DNA of 64,000 nucleotides from Muriicola sp. (GCA_041744575.1 JBGTKP010000057.1:35821-99820), one strand, 5' to 3'. Numbered from the stretch's first letter, positions 26,413 to 37,256 are shown. Notes: a model not told the origin generated them from the sequence alone. A program made the numbers and translations.

Positions 26413-29400
26413 TTACTTGAGGGTGAGCACAAGGTCTTCCGCATTCACCAGGCTGCCACTTCCCAACTGAATTTTGTCAACAGTTCCCTCTTCTGTCGCA
26501 GTGACAGTCGTTTCCATCTTCATGGCTTCAATGACAAACAGGGGTTCGTTCTTTTTAACCTTCTGCCCATTCTTGACCAGGACACTGGAAAGCAACCCTT
26601 GCAATGGGGCACCGATTTGTTTTGGATCATCAGGGAGTGCCTTTGTATTTTCAATCTTGGTAACCTTGATGCTGGTATCCTTAACACTCACTTCCCGCAA
26701 CTGGCCGTTTACCTTGAAAAAGATCCCAACCATGCCGTCTTCATCTGGTTCACCGACCGATACAAGCGAAATCAGGATATTTTTACCCCGGTCCAGTTCA
26801 ACCAATATTTCTTCCCCTATGTCCATTCCATAGAAAAAATTCTTCGTAGGGATGGCCATTACATTCCCATATTTCAAATGGTTGTTATACGCATCGGTAA
26901 AGACCTTAGGGTAGAGCTTATAGGAAAGAAAATCCGTCATCTTTAATTCCCTGCCCATTCCCTTGTCAAATTGCTTCTTAAAGGCTGAAAATTCCTTGTC
27001 AAAATCGATGGGCTCCAGATGGGCATTAGGCCGGTTGGAATAAGGCTTGGCACCTTTTAAAACCAATTTTTGGAGTTTTTTTGGAAAGCCCCCAACCGGT
27101 TGCCCGAGGTCTCCTTTAAAAAAGCTGATCACCGATTGGGGAAAGGAGATGGTATCGCCTTTCTCCAGGACATCCTGGATGCTGTACCCGTTACTGATGA
27201 GATACTGCGCCATATCACCCACCACCTTAGAGCTCGGGGTGACTTTTACAATATCCCCGAAAAGCTGATTCACTTCGCCATACATTCGGGTCACCTCCGG
27301 GAACTTGTCCTCGAGACCCAGAGCGATGGCCTGTCCCTTCAAATTGGAATACTGACCGCCGGGAATTTCATGGGTATAGACCTCTCCGGTCCCGGACAAC
27401 AAGCCTGATTCAAACGGATAATAATATTTCCTCACCGTTTCCCAATAGTTGCTGTAAGCAGCCAGCTTCTGACTGTCCATCAGATGCTCCCGCTTATGAA
27501 ACCGCAGCATTTCCATCACTGCATTGAAATTAGGTTGTGAAGTAAGTCCGGACAGCCCGCCCAGGGCCACATCAATCACATCTACCCCGGCCTCCACCGC
27601 CTTCAGATACATGGCAGCCTGAATGGATGACGTATCATGCGTATGCAGATGGATCGGGATCTTGATTTCCGACTTGAGAGAACTGATGAGTTCATAGGCT
27701 GCATAGGGCTTCAGAAGGCCGGCCATATCCTTTACGGCCAGAATGTGAGCACCTGCATTCTCAATATCCCTGGCAAGTTGAATGTAATATTTAAGATCAT
27801 ACTTGGTTTTGGAAGGATCGAGGATGTCGCCGGTATAACAGATAGATCCCTCTGCCAGACCCTTTGTATGTTTCCGTACAAATCCGATACAGGGGGCCAG
27901 GGATTTCATCCAGTTAAGGGAATCGAAAATCCTGAAAAGATCTATCCCGGTCTCCCAGGATTGTTCAACGAATTTTTCAATGAGATTATCCGGGTAAGCC
28001 GTGTAGCCAACCCCGTTGGAACCGCGGATAAGCATTTGCAAAAGAATATTGGGCATCGCTTTGCGAAGGAGTGCCAGGCGTTCCCAAGGGTTTTCCTGCA
28101 GGAAACGAAGGCAGACATCAAAGGTCGCGCCACCCCAGACCTCCATGCTGAAGATCCCGGGATGGTTCCTGGCATACCCTTCCGCTACCCTGAGCATATC
28201 CATCGTGCGCATCCTGGTGGCCAGCAGGCTCTGATGCGCATCTCGCATGGTCGTATCGGTGTAATGGATCTTTTTTTCCTTCTTCAGCCACGCGGCGAAT
28301 CGCTCCGGCCCCAACTCTGTCAACATGTCTTTGGTGCCCCTCGGAAATTCCTTGACTTTGGGAAAAGTGGGGACGACGGGCTTCACAAATACATGGTGAG
28401 GATCTTTTCTTTTAACGTCTGGATTTCCGTTCACAATAACTTCACCTAAGTAATCCACCAATTTATTGGCACGGTTTCTCGGTTCAGTGAATTTAAAAAG
28501 AGCAGGTTCGTTCTTTATAAAGTTCACTGTGACCTTTCCTTCCCTGAATGTAGGATGACTCAGAATGTTATCCAAAAAGGCCATATTGGTCTTCACCCCA
28601 CGGATCCGGAATTCGGCCAGCGCCCTGCGCATCTTTCGGCACGACCCGTCCAGGGTCCGGCTCAGGGCGGATACTTTGACGAGCATTGAATCAAAAAATG
28701 GGGAAATATAGACCCCCTGATAGACACTGCCAGCATCCAGCCTTATTCCAAAACCAGAGGCGCTCCTGTAGGTGGAAACGATGCCGTAATCCGGCTTAAA
28801 ATCATTGGCAGGATCTTCTGTCGTGATTCGACATTGCAGGGCTTGCCCCGTAACCACAACAGCTTCCTGATTCTGTATCTTTATCTGTTTGTCCGAAAGC
28901 CGGTATCCCCCGGCAATGAAAAGCTGCGCCTTCACAAGGTCAATATTGGTGATCATTTCCGTCACTGTATGTTCGACCTGAATTCTGGGATTTACCTCTA
29001 TAAAATAGATACTTCCGTCTTCATCCACCAGAAATTCGACCGTCCCGATATTATTGTAATCCACCGCCTTACAAATGGCAAGGGCATAGCTGTACAGAAG
29101 CTCCCGGGTAACATCCGGCAGTCCGATGGAAGGTGCAAATTCTATAACCTTCTGATATCGCCTTTGCACGGAGCAATCCCGTTCATATAGGTGCACCATG
29201 TTCCCATGGGTATCAGCCACGATCTGCACCTCGATGTGCTTCGGGTTCTCCACGAATTTTTCCAGGAAAACGGTATCGTCCCCAAAGGCATTCAGGGATT
29301 CCCGTCTGGCTTCAGGAAAGGAATTCTTTAGTTCTCCCTCGTTGCGGATCACCCGCATGCCCCGTCCCCCGCCTCCGGATGCGGCCTTTAACATCACAGG

Positions 29401-29865
29401 GTACCCAATGCGATTTGCTTCGGATACGGCAGTTTTAAGATCCTTTAAATCCTTTTCACTGCTCTGAATGACCGGTACCTTATTGGCAACAGCTACCAAT
29501 TTTGCTGTAATCTTATCCCCCAGTGATTTGAGTACTGAAACTCTGGGACCGACGAAAATAATTCCATTCTCCCCGCATTTTCTGGCAAATTCAGCATTTT
29601 CTGAGAGGAATCCGTATCCCGGGTGAATGGCATCAACATTGTTGTCAATAGCCACCTGGATGATGGCATCCATATCCAGATAAGGCTTTAGAGGCTCATT
29701 GTCCTCTCCAATCTGGTAGCATTCGTCAGCCTTATATCTGTGAAGTGAATACCGGTCCTCATACGTATAGATGCCTACCGTTTTAATTCCAATTTCCACA
29801 CAAGCCCTGAAAATACGAATGGCTATTTCCCCTCTGTTGGCTACAAGTACTTTTTTTATATCCAC
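26413..29865 (-). CDS. pyc: Pyruvate carboxylase (single-chain, biotin-dependent)
   Basis: 1150 aa. N-terminal biotin carboxylase domain (KVLVANRGEIAIRIFRA), central carboxyltransferase domain (TTMRDAHQSL, HLHTHDTS), and C-terminal biotinyl domain with EAMKMET. Confidence 0.95.
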   Translation of the reverse strand: MDIKKVLVANRGEIAIRIFRACVEIGIKTVGIYTYEDRYSLHRYKADECYQIGEDNEPLKPYLDMDAIIQVAIDNNVDAIHPGYGFLSENAEFARKCGENGIIFVGPRVSVLKSLGDKITAKLVAVANKVPVIQSSEKDLKDLKTAVSEANRIGYPVMLKAASGGGGRGMRVIRNEGELKNSFPEARRESLNAFGDDTVFLEKFVENPKHIEVQIVADTHGNMVHLYERDCSVQRRYQKVIEFAPSIGLPDVTRELLYSYALAICKAVDYNNIGTVEFLVDEDGSIYFIEVNPRIQVEHTVTEMITNIDLVKAQLFIAGGYRLSDKQIKIQNQEAVVVTGQALQCRITTEDPANDFKPDYGIVSTYRSASGFGIRLDAGSVYQGVYISPFFDSMLVKVSALSRTLDGSCRKMRRALAEFRIRGVKTNMAFLDNILSHPTFREGKVTVNFIKNEPALFKFTEPRNRANKLVDYLGEVIVNGNPDVKRKDPHHVFVKPVVPTFPKVKEFPRGTKDMLTELGPERFAAWLKKEKKIHYTDTTMRDAHQSLLATRMRTMDMLRVAEGYARNHPGIFSMEVWGGATFDVCLRFLQENPWERLALLRKAMPNILLQMLIRGSNGVGYTAYPDNLIEKFVEQSWETGIDLFRIFDSLNWMKSLAPCIGFVRKHTKGLAEGSICYTGDILDPSKTKYDLKYYIQLARDIENAGAHILAVKDMAGLLKPYAAYELISSLKSEIKIPIHLHTHDTSSIQAAMYLKAVEAGVDVIDVALGGLSGLTSQPNFNAVMEMLRFHKREHLMDSQKLAAYSNYWETVRKYYYPFESGLLSGTGEVYTHEIPGGQYSNLKGQAIALGLEDKFPEVTRMYGEVNQLFGDIVKVTPSSKVVGDMAQYLISNGYSIQDVLEKGDTISFPQSVISFFKGDLGQPVGGFPKKLQKLVLKGAKPYSNRPNAHLEPIDFDKEFSAFKKQFDKGMGRELKMTDFLSYKLYPKVFTDAYNNHLKYGNVMAIPTKNFFYGMDIGEEILVELDRGKNILISLVSVGEPDEDGMVGIFFKVNGQLREVSVKDTSIKVTKIENTKALPDDPKQIGAPLQGLLSSVLVKNGQKVKKNEPLFVIEAMKMETTVTATEEGTVDKIQLGSGSLVNAEDLVLTLK

Positions 29866-30116
29866 CCCCTGCTAGTTTTAGACTCCTTAATTGCTGAACA
29901 AACATACTTTTTTTGGGGACGCAAAACAATGGGATTCCCTTATAAAATAGGCCCGAATTGTTACAATTTCACATTAGTGCTATTGGTTTTTTTCAAAGGT
30001 GTAAGCGTCAGGAAAGCCCAAAATGGAATCACAGAAAATAAAACCCGCCATATACAGCTGATTAACTTGACAAACGTGGCCAATTGTCGTATCTTTAGAG
30101 ATACACTGATCTGATC

Positions 30117-30245
30117 ATGGGAAAAGGCGATAAAAAAACAAAAAGAGGTAAAATTGCCAACCGTACTTATGGTGCCAGACGCAGGCCCAGAATTAAACGC
30201 AAACCTACCGTCGAGGAAAAGATAGCCCTTAAGAACAAGGCTTAG
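30117..30245 (+). CDS. 30S ribosomal protein THX (bTHX)-like
   Basis: 42-aa ORF below the track cutoff: MGKGDKKTKRGKIANRTYGARRRPRIKRKPTVEEKIALKNKA. The MGKGD.K..RGK.....G..RP N-terminus matches my recollection of Bacteroidota THX proteins. Confidence 0.65.
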   Translation: MGKGDKKTKRGKIANRTYGARRRPRIKRKPTVEEKIALKNKA

Positions 30246-30607
30246 TCAATCATGAACTCCAGGGTAAGTTCCCCTGCATCGGTAATATTGAGCTCATAGG
30301 TGTAAAAACCATCCGGCAACGGCGTTTCCCCTACAAAGTCGATTGGCTGTAGAACAAAGGATTCAGCACCCGAAGTTACCTCAATTAAAGCTGTACGATA
30401 GGCGGTTTCATAGTCAAAATATTCGGAGAAGGAATCCGGAGCAACGTTCAGATGTACTTCCTCTGCGTCTCCAACCTGTACCTCATCAAAATTCAGTGCG
30501 CTTTGATTTCGTACCCGAATATGCACCGCATTCAGATCGTCGTCTCTGTCAGTGCACCCTGAAAAGGAAATACTGAGCAACAGCATTAAGAAGAAAGGCC
30601 ATTTCAT
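30242..30607 (-). CDS. Hypothetical lipoprotein
   Basis: 121 aa. Signal peptide with lipobox LSISFSGC. No family recognised. Confidence 0.55.
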   Translation of the reverse strand: MKWPFFLMLLLSISFSGCTDRDDDLNAVHIRVRNQSALNFDEVQVGDAEEVHLNVAPDSFSEYFDYETAYRTALIEVTSGAESFVLQPIDFVGETPLPDGFYTYELNITDAGELTLEFMID

Positions 30608-30663
30608 AAATTTGATATTAAGGGATCTTCTACTTCTTAGAACGCAATGAACGCAAAATTAGT

Positions 30664-31422
30664 CTATCGCACAAAGACAAAGGTCTTTTCGTCTGACAGC
30701 GCTTCGCTGAAACCGTACCGTTTATAATTGAAACCTTTCAGACCTTCAAGGGTATCTGTCCGATGGTCCAGGATATATCTCGTCATATAACCTCTTGCCA
30801 ACTTGGCATAAGTCATGATACTCTTGTATTCCCCCCCTTTAAAATCCCGGAATTCAGCTGTGATCACCGGAACTTTCAACAGGTCCTGATTTATGGCCTT
30901 AAAATATTCACTACTCGCAAGATTCAGACAAATTTCTCCTTCCTTTAATTCGTTATTAAGTTCATTTGAAATAATATTCGACCAGAATGCGTACAAATTC
31001 TTTTGTTTTCCGACCGCCATTTTTGTGCCCATTTCCAGCCGATAAGGCTGAATCAGGTCCAGAGGTTTAAGGAGTCCGTACAATCCGGAAATGATGCGGA
31101 GTGACTCCTGGAGAAAGGAGATTTTGTCCTGTTCAAGGGAATAGACGTCAAGCCCCCTATAAACGTCTCCACTAAAGGCATAAACGGCCTGTCGGGAATT
31201 CTCACGGGTAAAGGGCAGCTGCCAATCCTGATTCCGTTGATAATTTAACTCGGCCAGGGAAGCAGAAATATGCATCATCTTTGCCAGACTGCGGGCCGAT
31301 TTCTTTTTGATCAGCTTATGGAGCCTTTCTGATGCCTCGGGGAAAGCGACCATGGTATATTTTCCGGTTGGAATTGTCGATTTAAGGTCGAGGGATTTTG
31401 CAGGGGATAAAAGGATTTTCAT
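30664..31422 (-). CDS. yaaA: Peroxide stress protein YaaA (DUF328)
   Basis: 252 aa. MKILLSPAKSLD N-terminus and the SGLYGLLKPLDLIQPYRLEM motif. Confidence 0.9.
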   Translation of the reverse strand: MKILLSPAKSLDLKSTIPTGKYTMVAFPEASERLHKLIKKKSARSLAKMMHISASLAELNYQRNQDWQLPFTRENSRQAVYAFSGDVYRGLDVYSLEQDKISFLQESLRIISGLYGLLKPLDLIQPYRLEMGTKMAVGKQKNLYAFWSNIISNELNNELKEGEICLNLASSEYFKAINQDLLKVPVITAEFRDFKGGEYKSIMTYAKLARGYMTRYILDHRTDTLEGLKGFNYKRYGFSEALSDEKTFVFVR

Positions 31423-31549
31423 TCTGGGAATTTACCGCAAAAATAGAAAGATTTCCGCAAGGGCCTGCAAGGTAAGTGCCAGGTACGGCAGGAACATTGC
31501 CTGTAACCACCCGTCACCATACACCAATGCTAACCGTAAGTCATGTCTT

Positions 31550-32581
31550 TCAGGTGTCTAGATGCCTGCTGTAATCTCTCCATTTCTGGATACAGAGCGC
31601 CATGTCCTTGGGCAAATCCGCTTCAAATTGCATGAACTGGCCGGTAGCTGGATGCACGAATCCCAGCGTCCTGGCGTGCAGGGCCTGCCTGGGTAATAAG
31701 CTGAAGGCGTTTTCCACAAACTGACGGTATTTCGTAAAGGTCGTGCCTTTCAGTATGGTGTCGCCCCCATATCGGGCATCATTGAACAGCGGGTGACCTA
31801 TGTGTTTCATGTGGGCACGGATCTGGTGGGTCCTTCCCGTTTCAAGTTTACAGGATACCAGGGTTACATAACCCAGGTGTTCCAGAACGGTATAATGTGT
31901 TATTGCCTCTTTTCCATATTCTCCCTCCGGAAATACCTGCATTTGCAGCCGGTTTTTAGGGTTGCGTCCTATGTGGCCCGTAATTGTTCCGGAATCGGAA
32001 GGCATAATCCCCCAAACAAGGGCAACATATTCCCTGGTACTGGATTTATCGAAAAATTGTTGTGCAAGACGGGTCATGGCCCTTTCTGTCTTGGCCACAA
32101 CGAGCAGGCCTGAAGTATCCTTATCAATTCTATGAACAAGGCCTGGTCTTTCACTGCTGTTTACCGGCAGATGATCAAAGTGATACACGAGGGCGTTGAT
32201 CAGTGTTCCGGAATAATTTCCATGACCCGGATGGACCACCATCCCGGCTGGTTTATTAACGATGAGCAGGGCCTCATCCTCATAGCGGATGTCCAGAGGA
32301 ATATTTTCAGGGGTAAGTAAAAATTCATAGGGGGGATGTTCAAATAGGACTTTGACCTCATCGCCTGCCTTTACTTTATAATTCGACCGGACCACTGCAT
32401 CATTCACCCATATATTTCCATTTCGGGCAGCTTGCTGAATTTTATTCCTTGTGGCATTCTCAATAAAATTCATGAGATATTTATCGACCCTTAATGGTTC
32501 CTGACCCTTTGCAGCAAGGAATCGGTAGTGTTCAAAAAGGGTGTCATCCGAAAGTTCTGAATGCGATTCGTCTTCCATCAC
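31550..32581 (-). CDS. RluA/RluD-family 23S rRNA pseudouridine synthase
   Basis: 343 aa. S4-like N-terminal domain and catalytic HRIDKDTSGLLVVAK motif. Confidence 0.9.
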   Translation of the reverse strand: MMEDESHSELSDDTLFEHYRFLAAKGQEPLRVDKYLMNFIENATRNKIQQAARNGNIWVNDAVVRSNYKVKAGDEVKVLFEHPPYEFLLTPENIPLDIRYEDEALLIVNKPAGMVVHPGHGNYSGTLINALVYHFDHLPVNSSERPGLVHRIDKDTSGLLVVAKTERAMTRLAQQFFDKSSTREYVALVWGIMPSDSGTITGHIGRNPKNRLQMQVFPEGEYGKEAITHYTVLEHLGYVTLVSCKLETGRTHQIRAHMKHIGHPLFNDARYGGDTILKGTTFTKYRQFVENAFSLLPRQALHARTLGFVHPATGQFMQFEADLPKDMALCIQKWRDYSRHLDT

Positions 32582-33169
32582 CTACTCAGAATCTGCTTTG
32601 ACACGGGCCTCGTCAGGGATGGTGCCATTTCCGCAAACCAGTTCAATTTTAGAGGTTTTTGGCAATTTGTCTCCGGGACTTATAGGTTTGCCTTTGTAAC
32701 GGATATAATAGACCATGTCTTTTCCAAGCTGATCTATATAAGTTACACGTTGAATGTCAAGGCCCACCGCCCGAAGCATGGCGGTAGCATTGCGCTGGGT
32801 AACCTGTATGATCATCGGAACAGTAACCTTCTTATAGCCCGAAGGATTGACGGTAACATAGATTTTCCGGTTTTCCTTTACGCGGTTCCCGGCAGGGGGA
32901 TTCTGTTCAATGATCGAAAATCTGGGGTATTCCGGATTAAAATTCGCGGAATCAAGAACCTCATATCTCAGATCCGACTCCTCGATCTTTTTACGCATTT
33001 CACTAACGGACATCCGGGCGAGATCCGGGACTTCAACAAATTGACCGTGATTGGTTGACCCTTTTAACCACTGCAACAGGGCGAAAGTGATGACAACCAG
33101 GGCCGCCAGTGCCAATCCGATATTAATCAGGAACACCTTACTTCGCAGGAAGTTGAAAAAGTTTTTCAT
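32582..33169 (-). CDS. PASTA domain-containing membrane protein
   Basis: 195 aa. N-terminal TM helix followed by two PASTA-like repeats (VPDLARMSVSEMRKKIEESDL...; VPMIIQVTQRNATAMLRAVGL...). Confidence 0.7.
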   Translation of the reverse strand: MKNFFNFLRSKVFLINIGLALAALVVITFALLQWLKGSTNHGQFVEVPDLARMSVSEMRKKIEESDLRYEVLDSANFNPEYPRFSIIEQNPPAGNRVKENRKIYVTVNPSGYKKVTVPMIIQVTQRNATAMLRAVGLDIQRVTYIDQLGKDMVYYIRYKGKPISPGDKLPKTSKIELVCGNGTIPDEARVKADSE

Positions 33170-33345
33170 ACCAGCATAAATTTACAAGGCAAAGATAATG
33201 AAAGGGCCAGAAAAATCCTGTTTACTAATGCATTTGCACCTGTCCTAAACCGATTTCCTGCAAAAAATGGAAAACCGCCACTTTTTTCTTTACTTTGAAG
33301 CAACAGAACGAGGGTACGTACAGCGCTCCTAAGGATAACGAAAGG

Positions 33346-34335
33346 ATGAAAAAAAATATTGCCATCATCATGGGTGGATATTCAAGTGAATATCCTATTT
33401 CTATTAAAAGCGGTAATGTGGTATTCCAATACCTTGATAAAGATAAGTTTGAGGTATACCGAATTATCATCACCCCTGAAAAATGGACCTGCCTTGCGCC
33501 CGATGATGAGGAATACGAGGTAGACCGGCACGACTTCAGCATCAGTCCGGACCAGGGAAAACTGAATTTTGATTGTGTTTTCAACGCGATCCATGGTTCC
33601 CCCGGGGAAGATGGTTATATGCAGGCGTATTTCCGACTTCTCGGGATGCCTCAAACCTCCTGTGACCATTATCAGGCGGCCCTCACCTTTAATAAAAGAG
33701 ATCTGCTGAGTGTTCTAAAACCCTACGGGATCCGTTGCGCGACTTCGTACTACCTCAATTTAGGACAGGAAGTGAGAACGCAGGATATTGTCGCCAAGGT
33801 GGGTCTGCCTTGCTTTGTAAAGGCCAACAGGGCAGGGAGTAGTTTTGGGATCAGCAAGGTATACGAGGAAAAGGAATTGCCTGAAGCCATCGAAAGGGCC
33901 TACAAGGAAGATGACGAGATAATAATAGAGTCTTTTCTCGAGGGTACCGAGGTTTCTGTAGGTGTAATAAAATATGCGGGTAAAACGATGGTATTACCCA
34001 TTACAGAGATCGTTTCGGAAAATGATTTCTTTGATTATGAAGCCAAGTATGAAGGTAAATCCCAGGAAATTACACCGGCAAGAATTTCTGAAGCGCAGGA
34101 AAAAAAGATCATAGACACGGCGCGATTCGCCTATGACGTTCTTAAAATGAAGGGATATACTAGAAGTGAGTTTATTATCATCGGTGATGATCCGTTTCTC
34201 CTGGAAATCAATACCACCCCCGGATTGACAGAGGAAAGCATCTTGCCAAAGCAGGCCGCTGCCGCCGGGATATCCCTCTCTTTGTTGTTTGAAAGTGCCA
34301 TTGACGAGGCTTTGGCACAAAAACAATACCTTTGA
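33346..34335 (+). CDS. ddl: D-alanine--D-alanine ligase
   Basis: I prefer the start at ATG 33346 (MKKNIAIIMGGYSSEYPISIKSG). HGSPGEDGYMQ, ATP-grasp segment, EINTTPGLTE. Confidence 0.92.
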   Translation: MKKNIAIIMGGYSSEYPISIKSGNVVFQYLDKDKFEVYRIIITPEKWTCLAPDDEEYEVDRHDFSISPDQGKLNFDCVFNAIHGSPGEDGYMQAYFRLLGMPQTSCDHYQAALTFNKRDLLSVLKPYGIRCATSYYLNLGQEVRTQDIVAKVGLPCFVKANRAGSSFGISKVYEEKELPEAIERAYKEDDEIIIESFLEGTEVSVGVIKYAGKTMVLPITEIVSENDFFDYEAKYEGKSQEITPARISEAQEKKIIDTARFAYDVLKMKGYTRSEFIIIGDDPFLLEINTTPGLTEESILPKQAAAAGISLSLLFESAIDEALAQKQYL

Positions 34336-34355
34336 TCCCACCAACGCCATCCAAC

Positions 34356-34811
34356 ATGAGACGCGCCATTTTTCCAGGTTCTTTTGACCCGATCACCCTG
34401 GGACATTACGACATCATTCATAGAGGTATTCCGCTTTTTGATGAACTGATTATAGCCATTGGTATCAATACTGACAAAAAGTACATGTTTTCCCTTAAGG
34501 ACCGGCAACATTTTATTACCGAAGCATTCAAGAATGAGCAAAAAATCCGTGTCCTGACCTATGAGGGCCTCACGGTAGATTTTTGCAAAAAGATGGACGC
34601 CAGCTTTATCCTTCGTGGATTGCGTAATCCAGGGGATTTTGAATTTGAAAAAGCGATTGCACATACCAATCGGAAACTTTCAGAAATTGAAACCGTTTTT
34701 TTACTGACCTCCTCTGGGAAATCCTTTATCAGCTCCTCCATCGTACGGGATGTGATCCGAAACCGCGGGGACTATACGGGCCTTGTGCCGGATACCGTCA
34801 GGATCAGATAG
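34356..34811 (+). CDS. coaD: Phosphopantetheine adenylyltransferase
   Basis: I prefer the start at ATG 34356 (MRRAIFPGSFDPITLGHYDII). The T/HxGH motif and ISSSIVR are present. Confidence 0.92.
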   Translation: MRRAIFPGSFDPITLGHYDIIHRGIPLFDELIIAIGINTDKKYMFSLKDRQHFITEAFKNEQKIRVLTYEGLTVDFCKKMDASFILRGLRNPGDFEFEKAIAHTNRKLSEIETVFLLTSSGKSFISSSIVRDVIRNRGDYTGLVPDTVRIR

Positions 34812-34975
34812 CCTCCCGGAAAATTATCCCGGAGGGCGCGCAACCCGCTTCACCGGCAATGAAAATACCTTCATATTGGGATTTCAGAATCCTATTGTCT
34901 CTTTTTGGATAATTCCTGATAAAATAGCGGCCTCACAACTACTTTGAGCTAGTTCACAACAATGATTGCTGGAAA

Positions 34976-36865
34976 TTGATTATTCAATTTACATTCGTAA
35001 GAAATTTCTACGTGAACTTGCAAGGATCGAAAACCCATATCAACAGTTATCTCATCAGGCAGTTGCCTACGGCTACGGTTTTCCTGAATAAAAAATTCGA
35101 ACTCGTACATGCTTCAGATAAATGGATCGCCGCCTTTGGGATGGCAGATTTTGAGGTAATTGGCAAACCTATTCACAAACTTTTTAAAGAAGTGAGTGAT
35201 GTCTGGATGGATGCCATGAAATCGTGCCTTAAAGGAGAGCCGGGGCAGAAAGGTGTGGAGGGCTATGCGTCCGGCGATGGGCAGGAATGCTGGTTTGAAT
35301 GGACCAATCTGCCATGGTTTGATGAAAATGAAAATGTCATCGGCATCATCATTAGTACAGAGGATATCACAGAACGCGTAAAGAGGGACCTTAGTTATGA
35401 AAAGTTGGAAATCCTCCTGAAGGACAAATCTGAAATTGCACAAATAGGCAGCTGGGACTACAATGTAATGACTGACCGGCTGCAATGGTGCAATATGACA
35501 CGGCAGATCCACGAAGTCTCTTCCGATTATGAACCGAATATAACTTCTGCTGTCAATTTCTATAAGGAAGGTTACAGCCGCAATACGATCTCCATGGCAA
35601 TGTTCAATGCCATGGAACACAAGAAGCCGTGGTGTGAGAAGTTGGAGATCTTATCATATACCGGAAAGGAAAAATGGGTCATCGCTGCCGGAAGACCCAT
35701 GTTCAAGAATGGCAACTATATCGGCCTTATTGGTACTTTGCAGGATATTACACCGATTGTCAAATCTGAGATCAAGACCAGGGAAAGTGAACATCTCCTG
35801 CGCACGGTAATTGACAACATCCCGATCAATGTCTATATCAAGGACGTGGAATCCCGTAAGATCCTGGTGAATAAATCCGAATGTGAATTCCTTGAGGTGA
35901 CCGATCCGTCCAAATTGCTGGGGAAAAATGATTTTGATCTGTATGATGCTGCGTTTGCTCAAAATTCAAGGGAGGAAGATCTCTTTGTAATGAATTCCCA
36001 GACCCCGGTCCTGTCAAGAGAAACAGTAATTATCGGGATGGATGGCAAGGCAACCCCCTTCCTCTCCTCTAAAATACCATTTAACGGAGCGGATGGCCAG
36101 GCCAGGGGAATTATTGGGATCAGCCTTGATATCACCAATCTGAAACAACAGGAAGCGGAATTGAGAAATCTGATAAGTGTTACCTCTCTTCAGAATAAAA
36201 AACTCATCAACTTTGCCCATATCATTTCACACAACCTGAGATCTCACACTGCCAATTTTTCCATGTTGCTGGACTTCCTGGTGAAAGAAAAGGATGAAAA
36301 GGAAAAGGAACACATTGTCGGGATGCTTACCTCTGCCTCTAATAACCTTCTGGAGACCCTTGAAAACCTGAACGATGTAGTGGCCATTAGCAGTAATACC
36401 AATATCCGGAAGGAGTACGTTAACCTCAATAATAAAATTGATATAGTCACAAAAAATCTGGGTGGCCTGATCCGTTCAAATAAGGCTTCCATTATCAATA
36501 ACATTCCTAACGATACTGAAATACAGGTCATCCCTGCCTATATAGAAAACATCCTTACAAATTTTTTTACGAATGCCATTAAATACAGAAAAGAGGATTG
36601 TGATCCGGAAATTGTCCTGTCTGCCACAACAAAAGACCAATATACCGTACTGAGTATCAAGGATAACGGGCTCGGAATTGACCTGGACAAATATGGTGAT
36701 AAACTTTTCGGGATGTATAAGACCTTTCATTATAAAAAGGATGCCAAGGGCATAGGGCTCTATATCACCAAAAATCAGATTGAAGCAATGAAGGGAAAGA
36801 TAGAAGTGACCAGCGTGGTCGGTGAGGGATCAACCTTTAAGATCTTTTTTAATGACAAGGATTAA
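34976..36865 (+). CDS. Multi-PAS sensor histidine kinase (cytoplasmic)
   Basis: 629 aa (TTG start, uncertain). Several PAS-like repeats, H-box FAHIISHNLRSH, and a HATPase_c domain (DNGLGID, GIGLYITKNQIE). Confidence 0.85.
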   Translation: MIIQFTFVRNFYVNLQGSKTHINSYLIRQLPTATVFLNKKFELVHASDKWIAAFGMADFEVIGKPIHKLFKEVSDVWMDAMKSCLKGEPGQKGVEGYASGDGQECWFEWTNLPWFDENENVIGIIISTEDITERVKRDLSYEKLEILLKDKSEIAQIGSWDYNVMTDRLQWCNMTRQIHEVSSDYEPNITSAVNFYKEGYSRNTISMAMFNAMEHKKPWCEKLEILSYTGKEKWVIAAGRPMFKNGNYIGLIGTLQDITPIVKSEIKTRESEHLLRTVIDNIPINVYIKDVESRKILVNKSECEFLEVTDPSKLLGKNDFDLYDAAFAQNSREEDLFVMNSQTPVLSRETVIIGMDGKATPFLSSKIPFNGADGQARGIIGISLDITNLKQQEAELRNLISVTSLQNKKLINFAHIISHNLRSHTANFSMLLDFLVKEKDEKEKEHIVGMLTSASNNLLETLENLNDVVAISSNTNIRKEYVNLNNKIDIVTKNLGGLIRSNKASIINNIPNDTEIQVIPAYIENILTNFFTNAIKYRKEDCDPEIVLSATTKDQYTVLSIKDNGLGIDLDKYGDKLFGMYKTFHYKKDAKGIGLYITKNQIEAMKGKIEVTSVVGEGSTFKIFFNDKD

Positions 36866-37256
36866 GTCGGTAGTGATTATCGATGACGATCCCATTACGG
36901 TTTTCGGAATCAAGAAATTGCTGAACACCATGAATCTTAGTGACACCATCATTACGTACATCAATGGGAAAGAGGCCATCGAGGGAATTAAAGAGATGAT
37001 CCTCCGCGAACATCCCGTACCGGAAGTCCTCTTTCTTGACATCAATATGCCTATTATGGACGGTTGGCAGTTTCTGGAGGAATTCATCAGTCTGCCCGTT
37101 GAAAATAAAGTGCGCATTAATATAGTTACTTCCTCCATAGATCCCCATGACAAGGAGAACTGGATCTATTACAGGGAAAAGACGCATCACCTGATCGATT
37201 ATAAGAACAAACCGCTCTGCAAAACGGAAATAGAAGCCATCACTAAAGCAGCCTGA
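36852..37256 (+). CDS. Stand-alone response regulator receiver protein
   Basis: I prefer the start at ATG 36852 (MTRIKSVVIIDDDP), which overlaps the kinase 3' end. Phospho-acceptor context LFLDINMP. No output domain. Confidence 0.85.
   Translation: MTRIKSVVIIDDDPITVFGIKKLLNTMNLSDTIITYINGKEAIEGIKEMILREHPVPEVLFLDINMPIMDGWQFLEEFISLPVENKVRINIVTSSIDPHDKENWIYYREKTHHLIDYKNKPLCKTEIEAITKAA

Noticed and set aside
27637-28449. A 270-aa plus-strand ORF, together with the other plus-strand ORFs between 26474 and 29467.
   Set aside because: All are antisense to pyruvate carboxylase, which is unambiguous over its full 1150 aa.
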